64,000 nt of DNA from Octopus sinensis (lineage: Eukaryota). The position numbers were made by a program, and so were the translations under genes. A model generated the notes under the pieces. That model saw only the letters and a list, made by a program, of their open reading frames with translations, was not told the origin of the DNA and searched no databases. The stretch lies in assembly GCF_006345805.1 (NCBI RefSeq), contig NC_043001.1, forward strand, positions 97,402,001 through 97,466,000, given 5' to 3'. Below are positions 56,201-64,000 of the stretch, one piece after another; position 1 is the first letter of the stretch, and each line of letters starts with the position of its first letter.

Positions 56201-57431
56201 GATTGCTACAATTGGCCTAGACACCTACCTGAAAAACTCTGAGGACTGGATGTTAAAACTTGTCTCAAAACATGAAAACAAGAAAGCATCATACTCAGTC
56301 ACAAAACAGGCAAAGGAATATCTAAGTGAATTCCGAATACAACCAATTTCGGAATTAGAGATAGACATACAAGAAACAAGCACAGAAAAAGCTAGGCGCA
56401 TGAAAACCCGTGCCAAAACTGCGGCCTTAGATATTCTGAATAATAAATGGCAAGAAAAACCTCTCTATGGCAAATACCCAAAGAGAGCGAATAATGCAGA
56501 TATCGACAAAGCCCTGACCCATCAATGGCTAATGGCCTCTGGCTTAAAATCTGAAACAGAGGGGTTTATCATAGCAGCTCAAGATCAATGCCTACCAACA
56601 AGAAACTACCAGGCCAACATATTAAAGATCAGAAGCAGTCCAACGTGTCGTGTATGCAAGCAACAAATTGAAACCATTGACCATGTGGTCTCCAAGTGCA
56701 GTCTTCTAGCGCCTACAGAGTATCTCAACAGGCACGATAGAGCTGCACAATATATTCACTGGGTAATCTGTAAAAACCTGGATTTGCCCCATGAAAAAAA
56801 CTGGTGGGAACACAAACCACCCCCAGTGCTTGAAAATGACCACATCTCACTCCTCTGGAACTTCACCATTCAAACTGACAGGAAGATAGATGCAAATAGG
56901 CCAGACATCATATTGAAAGACTTCAAACAAAGAACATGCCTCCTCATTGATATGACTGTCCCAATCGATATAAACGTATCTGTCAGGACCTACCAAAAAC
57001 TGAGCAAATATAAAGATCTTGAAATAGAAATCAGCAAAATGTGGAAGCTGAAGACTAAAACAATACCTGTTGTCATAGGTGCCATGGGAATGATAGCAAA
57101 AGGGGCTGATAGCTACCTAACTCAGATACCAGGAAACCCAAAAATGGCAGAAGTTCAAAAGATAGTGCTCATGGGAACTGCTCATATCCTACGCAAAATA
57201 CTCTCTATGTAACCTCAAGGTTTAAAACAACCATAATTTTCGGTTTAAAAAAAAAAAAAAAAAAAAAACCTCTTTTTTTTTAGACATTCATTAGTACAAC
57301 ATCCCCACCCCCCAAATATATGGCACACTAGGCATAACAACAACATGAACTTCCAACCCTGTTGTCTCTTGAGGTCTCTGGGTGAGACTTGGAGCCAACT
57401 TGTACAAATATAAAGCAAAAGTCAAACATAG
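53261..57431 (+). mobile_element. Near full-length R4/Dong-clade non-LTR retrotransposon
   Basis: Preceded by TAATAACAATAATAA and followed by (AAT)n; single ORF split by four frameshifts; RT plus REL endonuclease. Confidence 0.93.
53399..57212 (+). pseudogene. Frameshifted RT/restriction-like endonuclease polyprotein of the R4/Dong element
   Basis: RT motifs KSPGKDKI, NYRPITCL, WIDYKKAFDSLPHSW, GIFQGDSLSPLLF, YMDD (55654-55665), YKYLG; C-terminal CRVC-x8-H-x4-C, RHD, RPDIIL, LIDMTVP, KLSKY. Frameshifts near 53950, 54570, 55522 and 55684. Confidence 0.93.
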
Positions 57432-57452
57432 AATAATAATAATAATAGTAAT

Positions 57453-58006
57453 GCCCTGATGCAGTACCAGGCAGTGGCTATCATGGCTTCTGATCTTAAC
57501 TGATTGGAAGTGTTATCATGTACATTGTTTTGTCTTGGTATAAAAGATGGGCTACAGCAAATATTCTGCTCAATACCACAGATTTGCTTGTCAGTTGTTT
57601 GACCGTAACCAGTTGAGCATATCCCTTAGTGGCTGACGATATGTGCATCTCTGATCACGATCAGAAGTAGTGGGGGAGAATCATAGCCATGTGTTGAGAG
57701 GGATTCTTTTGGGTTTGAATAATTCACCTTTGGAAACAGGGGTGTTTCGTTCAACATCATTAAACAGCCCTTATTCTGGGACCTTTTGAGCGGGATCGGC
57801 TACTCGACCAGAACAAAATTCTAACTGGGCCCCACCTGCAAGGTCATGTGCTGTTTATCTTAATATGAGATCACCATGTCGCGCACATATGGTTGTGATG
57901 CATGTGCCTAGTGCACCCTTATCAGACGGGTAGTCATGATGGGTATACTGGGCTTCGTATATTTTAGCCCAGTGTCACTTTGATGGCATGCACTGATCTC
58001 TCACTG
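57453..58006 (+). mobile_element. ~550-bp non-coding (TAA)n-flanked element, copy 1
   Basis: Bounded by TAA repeats on both sides; colinear with 58148-58678; no ORF. Confidence 0.8.
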
Positions 58007-58079
<73 letters not shown>

Positions 58080-58082
58080 GTA

Positions 58083-58147
<65 letters not shown>

Positions 58148-58148
<1 letters not shown>

Positions 58149-58678
58149 GGAGTGGCTCTCGTGGCTTCTGATCTTAACTGATTGGAAGCGTTACCATGTA
58201 CGTTGTCTTGGTATAAAAGGTCGGCTACAGCAAATATTCTGCTGAATACCACAGATTGGCTTGTCAGGTGTTTGACCTTAACCAGTTGACCATGTCCCTT
58301 AGTGGCTGACGATATGTGCATCTCTGGTCACGATCAGATGTAGTGGGGGATTATCATAGCGGTGTATTGAGAGGGTTACTTTAGGGTTTGAATAATTCAC
58401 CTCTGGAAACATGGGTACTTCGTTCAACACCCTTAAATAACCCTTATTCAGTGACCTTTTTAGTGGTATGGGTTACTCGACCAGAAGAAAACTCTAACAG
58501 GGTATTACATGAAAGGTAATATGCTGTTTATTTTGATATTAGATCACCATGTCGCACACATATGGTTGTAATACATGTGCCTAGTGTACCCTTATCAGAC
58601 TGGTAGTCGTGATGTTATACTGGGCTTCATATATTTTACTCCAGTGTCACTTTGATGGCATGCACTGCTCTCTCACAC
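58148..58678 (+). mobile_element. ~550-bp non-coding (TAA)n-flanked element, copy 2 (about 20 nt shorter at the left end)
   Basis: Same right end GATGGCATGCACTG.TCTCTCAC followed by (CAA/TAA)n; many substitutions relative to copy 1. Confidence 0.8.
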
Positions 58679-58723
58679 AATAACAACAACAACAACAACA
58701 CTAACAACAACAACAACAACAAC

Positions 58724-58769
<46 letters not shown>

Positions 58770-58781
58770 GTGATGATGATG

Positions 58782-58859
<78 letters not shown>

Positions 58860-59986
58860 TAATAATAATAATAACTGGAAGCCACGCATAAAAAACACCC
58901 TTAGAATTGAAAACATTATAGTGAAATGATTTTGGATAAAATGACACTTATAAAATCACAAAGCCCAAAAATAATATATGCCATAGATTTCACCAGAAAA
59001 TTGCCACTCACGACTCAACCACACAGTAAAGTTCCTTAAACATTAGCAAGGATAAAATAATATTTCAGTCCTGCAATAAATTTAATACCTGGAGATATAA
59101 TGCGATGATATGAAAGACAACTTATTAAGAAACTTTAAAAACGCAAAGCTATGCAATCTCCACACGTCAAACCAGGAGGAAGATAAATGTCATATGAAAA
59201 GAAAAAATTAAGTTATGAGTGTGGAAGTAGAGCAAGTATCTATAAATCCTCTCATGAAATAAATTAATGAAAAGACACAAAGGAAGAAACCTGGCCGATG
59301 CCAATGAATTAAAGTATTCCACCGAAATCAGTTCTACGAGTTCTTCCTGGAAACAATGAGATGAAGATCGAGGTGAGAGATGAAACTCTAATTCCACTTA
59401 GATTTCCATAAACGCACATACAAACAATGAAAGACACACACACATACAAACACGTACACATATACAAACACGTACACCTACACACAAAACACATACACAC
59501 GTAAACACATACACACGCACATATATTTATATGAATAAATATATACATATATATATTCATACAGTTTTATATATATAAACATACACACATAGATACACAT
59601 ACACACACATCAGTTGAATAAAGTTATAACTTGGTCTCATTTTCACGTTTTTTATTATTGCATTTAAAAAATATTTTTTACAATGTTCGAGTGTGTTAAC
59701 GATTAAAAAAATATATTGTAATGTTCATAAAGTTCAATTAGCACTTTCAGCCGTTTGTAGTAATCATCAAGTTGAATTTTTCGAATACGATTTTGACCAC
59801 TCAGCATGCAAATTAAACATCACGGTTTGTCGAACGCACCAATATTACTGTTATAGATCACGCCATAATTTTAACCAATTAGCTTGCCGTTTACGTGTAA
59901 TGGGTTTGTGAGTGAGTAAATTTAGTTGGATTTGATCGTTTTTATTTCAATCGGTGGAATTCTTCCGTAATTTGTTTATGTTCATA

Positions 59987-60409
59987 TACTCTTTTACTCT
60001 TTCATTTGTTTCAATCATTTGACAGTGGACATGCTGGAGCACCGCCTTTAGTCGAGCAAATCGACCACAGAACTTATTCTTTGTAAGCCTGGTACTTATG
60101 CGATCGGTCTCTTTTGCCGAACCGCTAAGTCACGGGGATGTACACACACCAGCATCGGTTGTCAAGCGATCTTGGGGGGGTGTACAAATACAGACACACA
60201 AACATATACACACACATACATATATACATGCAATACATATATATACGCCGGGCTTCTTTCAGTTTCCGTCTATCAAATCCACTCACAAGGCTTTGGTCGG
60301 CCCGAAGTCATAATAGAAGACGCTTGCCCAAGGTGCCACGTAGTGGGAGTGAACCGGGAACCATGTGGTTGGTATGCAAGCTACTTACCACACAGCCACT
60401 CCTACGCCT
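59987..60409 (-). mobile_element. SINE family B
   Basis: Full-length, colinear with the other copies. Confidence 0.9.
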
Positions 60410-61908
60410 ATGTTAAAGATATTTTAAAATCCAGACCATTAACCGGGCACTTAATACAGCAGATAAAATTTCTGCTTTTGCCGTTCATATCTGTCCATTT
60501 TCTTTCTTTTTTTTGTTCCGATGGATCCACCAGTATGCAGGTATTGTCACGTTCCACATCTGTTACCAGCTGTTATAGCTTATGATGGCCCAACTATAGA
60601 ATATATGAAGCTGATAACATTAACAGGATAAAACTCACTATTACTGAAATTATTTTACAGCGAAACAGCTTTGCTAGCAAGCATCTTTGAAAAAAATAAT
60701 AGCAACTGTCCATTGCAGAGGCTGATTACTGTTCTAACACTCGATCATCTTAGACGTATGTGAATCAGCCCAACTTTTACATGAGAAATCGTATATAACG
60801 TAAAAAAATCCAATTCAATTATTACTGAGTGCTCAGGTATATCCACATGATGCTACAGAGATGTCTGTAGAATATATTCACTTTAAGATCCTTTTGAAAC
60901 TACAATTTGTCAACGAAAAAAAAAATCAAAGATTCCAAAGGTAAAAAAAAAAAGCAACTGCTCTCATGCGGAATGATATATCGGTGTTGTTGTTGGAGAA
61001 CAAATGGAAACGTGTGATATTAATTACTGCACAATTAATACCGTCATATGTACAGCTGCTTTTACTATTAACGAAGAGCTAAGAAAGAAAACTGCAGTAA
61101 ACGTGCTTATGAAATTACTAAACAAACGGAAACCTGATGGGAAATAAAACTTGAAGTATACATCAACAATCTGCGTCGCCATATTGGATGGTTAACGATG
61201 ATAATTGAATGTTAGAAGAATAATGGTTTTGTACCTTACTAACTATATTTCATGCAAAATTAACAAAAGTCACATGCTGTGTTCTCAAAAGTTATTGAAG
61301 AAAAGCAAAATACGATGGCTGTATTTTAGGTTGTACGATTACAAGAAATCACAATGTGACCCATCATTTCTTTATGGTTGACCTGAAGAACTAGATCAAG
61401 ATTGCTACGATCGGCCAGAACAGCGAGAGATAAAACATATAAAGGATATAAGAACGGTTTGCTATATAAGATGTGTTTGCATTTGATTAATTAACGGGGA
61501 CAATTAGGACTCGAAATACGAAACTTCAGTACCAATTTTCTCGTTAACCCTCCTGCTCCACACTGCTATATATTCCTATACAGTAACCGATATCATATAG
61601 AAGTGCAGTGACTATAAATACACTGGTCTGAAAATGTTACACCACATTTAGATACACGGATAGGCTGAGAAAACTGCAACTTCACGCCCTGGTGCGAAGG
61701 TGTGTGAGATATGTAATAATCTACATATGAAACACTCTAGAAGGGCAAGTACGAAATTTCGCCATTGAGTGTTATACAATGAATTTGTTGTGCCGGTGCA
61801 GTGACCAAGATGTGTGTTATATCCCTGGTCAGCTAATGAAATCGACTCCAGAGTTTCCAAATGTAACAAGATCCTGACATTAACTAGAAACTTTCACGGA
61901 GTGATATT

Positions 61909-62190
61909 TTTCCTTCTCAAGCCATGCGTGGCTCATAATGGCCGGTTTCCCGGTTTCCTTGGCGTATAGGTTCCCCACTTGGACGTCGCAGGTGAGTTGC
62001 AAGATGCAGGAGGAAAGCGTTGAAAAAGTTGTGGTGAAAGAGTCAGCAGAGGTTCGCCATTATCTTCTGCCGGAGCCGCGTGGAGATTAAGTGTTTCGCT
62101 CATAAACACACATCGCCCGGTCTGAGATTCGAACCCGCGATCCCTTGACTGCGAATCCGCTGCTCTAACCACTAGGCCATGTGTCTCCAC
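61909..62190 (-). mobile_element. SINE family C (tRNA-Arg-like head)
   Basis: Minus strand TGGCCTAGTGGTTAG...GGATTCGCAGTC...GGGTTCGAATCTC; TCG in the anticodon-like loop; 11-bp TSD GGAGTGATATT at 61898-61908 and 62194-62204. Confidence 0.88.
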
Positions 62191-62790
62191 TATGGAGTGA
62201 TATTGACAGATTTTAGCTAGATATGAAGAAAGTATAGACTTGGGATCACTGCAGACAGACTTAGAATGAACCGAATCGTACACGTCAGCAATTATCGCTG
62301 GAAGCACTCGCTTCCTGGTGAATTTCTGTACAGTCCGAAAGCAGCTGGACTAACAAACCTCAAAGTGTACCTGGATTTGAAACGCTGTGCATCCCATAAA
62401 CTGATTACGTATGTGTGTTTAGCGAAGACAAGAAGATGACACTAATATTTATATAAAGTGTATTCTTTCTTAGATTCGTGGTCTCTACACCACATCAAGG
62501 TTCAAAGGGAATGAATTTGCAATTTAAGAGCAAGTGACTGCCACATAATATCTAGCAAATAAGAAAATGTTACCCCAGGAATCACAATATGCAACCGAAA
62601 ATTTTGATTAAGCCACCTTTATGTGTACAGTTATTCGTATGGTCACTTACTAACCAAACCTGTCATCAAAGTACTACCTCAGAATACAACAAATGTTACT
62701 ACAACCTACGGCTATATACAATACTATCAGAAAGAAATTTCTCTGGAATATATATAAAGAAACCTGCTGTTATTCAAAACAGTCATATAT

Positions 62791-63544
62791 GATTGATTGA
62801 TTGATTGATTGATTGATTCTAGTTTCAGCTCATGAGCTGTGGCCATGCTGGGGCACCGCCATTTGGTGTTGCTACTTGGTTTTACTTCACGAAAGCTTTT
62901 TAGCAACTGCCATTTGGTGCATGAGAGAGTTCGATGCAGCTGCCCTCATCTGCACCTCCTGCCGTGAAGTCGGTTCATCTGGGACACCTGACAGGAAGAG
63001 ATCCAGTTCCATTCTAAAGACATCTGCATCCACCCCATGCAGGTCTCTCAGGTTCTTCGGGAGGATATTGAAGAGCTGTGGGCCACGGAAGCCCAGGCTA
63101 TCACAGTATCTTGTCCTACATCTTGATGGCAAATTTGGAGTCCTAGGCACCACGCAGTGGCGCCCAGTTCTGGCATTTATGTAACTCTCGATGCCAAAGT
63201 TTGGGACACGTCCCTCCAGGATGTTCCAGATGTATATTATGGCATATCTTTCCCGCCTACGCTCCAAGGAATATAGTTTTAATCTCTTGAGTCTTTCCTA
63301 GTAGCTTACATTCTGCATAGAGGCTATCTTCTTCGTGTAGCTACGCTGGATCGCCTCGAGCTCTGTGATCAACTTGACGCTGGATGGTGACTATAACTGA
63401 GAGCAATAGTCAAGGTGGCTTAGGACAAGTGTCCTCTAGAGGACCATCATGGTTTCTTGTTCTCTTGTTCTAAAGGTTCTGAGAATCCATCCGGCCAGTC
63501 GTCTACATTTCATTGCCAATTTAGCAACATGAACACGAAAGGAT
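62791..63544 (-). mobile_element. 5'-truncated CR1/L2-group LINE 3' end with (AATC)n tail
   Basis: Minus-strand translation LSHLDYCSQL.SP...LEAIQR..TK...RLKRLKLYSLERRRERY...GPQLFNILP...FRMELDLFL; (GATT)7 at 62791-62818. Confidence 0.92.
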
Positions 63545-63926
63545 AATAAGAAATATTAAAAAGTTCTACTACCAGTGTAAAACTTTAGTCAATAGACTAT
63601 ATATTATTCATATAAATACAGTGTACATTTATAAGGGGCTTCCATAATAGGACTCCTTGCACGCTAGACAAAACAGTTAACTTCGAAATCACTATATAGG
63701 GATAATAATTCGAAAGGAATGAAAAATTAAAAAAACATTTACCATCAAAACACAGATCCCCAAAAGTCTGAAACCATGGTCTAGGATATTGATGGCAAAC
63801 GTCCTTATTTTTCATTCCCTTCGAAGTTTTATCCCTAAGAGTGGTTTCGAATTTAACTGTTCTTTCTAGCGTACAAGGATTCCTATGTTGTATGCCTCTT
63901 GTGTGTTTAAATGTACACTGTATATG

Positions 63927-63963
<37 letters not shown>

Positions 63964-64000
63964 TATTCGGTAGCCAAGATAAAACTCTGAGTTTCGGATG

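Noticed and set aside
57453-57520. HDV-like ribozyme at the 5' end of the 550-bp element or of the Dong element
   Set aside because: I could not build the nested double pseudoknot by eye (no P1 partner for GCCCTGA); a covariance-model search is needed.

Overview
AT-rich, repeat-saturated eukaryotic DNA with no confidently identifiable host gene. The mix of SINE families, long (TA)n/(TAA)n tracts and a mollusc-type CR1 LINE suggests an octopus genome; this is inferred from recalled repeat content, not from a search. Most ORFs in the supplied track are microsatellite translations or reads through repeats. The real content is: (i) a near full-length R4/Dong-clade non-LTR retrotransposon (RT, CCHC, REL endonuclease) in (TAA)n, in a head-to-tail train with a second Dong subfamily and two copies of a ~550-bp non-coding TAA-flanked element; (ii) many Penelope-like remnants in (TA)n, several forming palindromes, with type I hammerhead ribozymes showing complete cores at three sites; (iii) four tRNA-derived SINE families, one sharing its 3' stem-loop with a CR1/L2-type LINE in the window and one occurring as TSD-flanked multimers joined at a fixed self-complementary junction; (iv) a twin-primed RTE insertion, mariner remnants, two MITEs and local tandem duplications. 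All coordinates were read by eye and may be off by a few bases.
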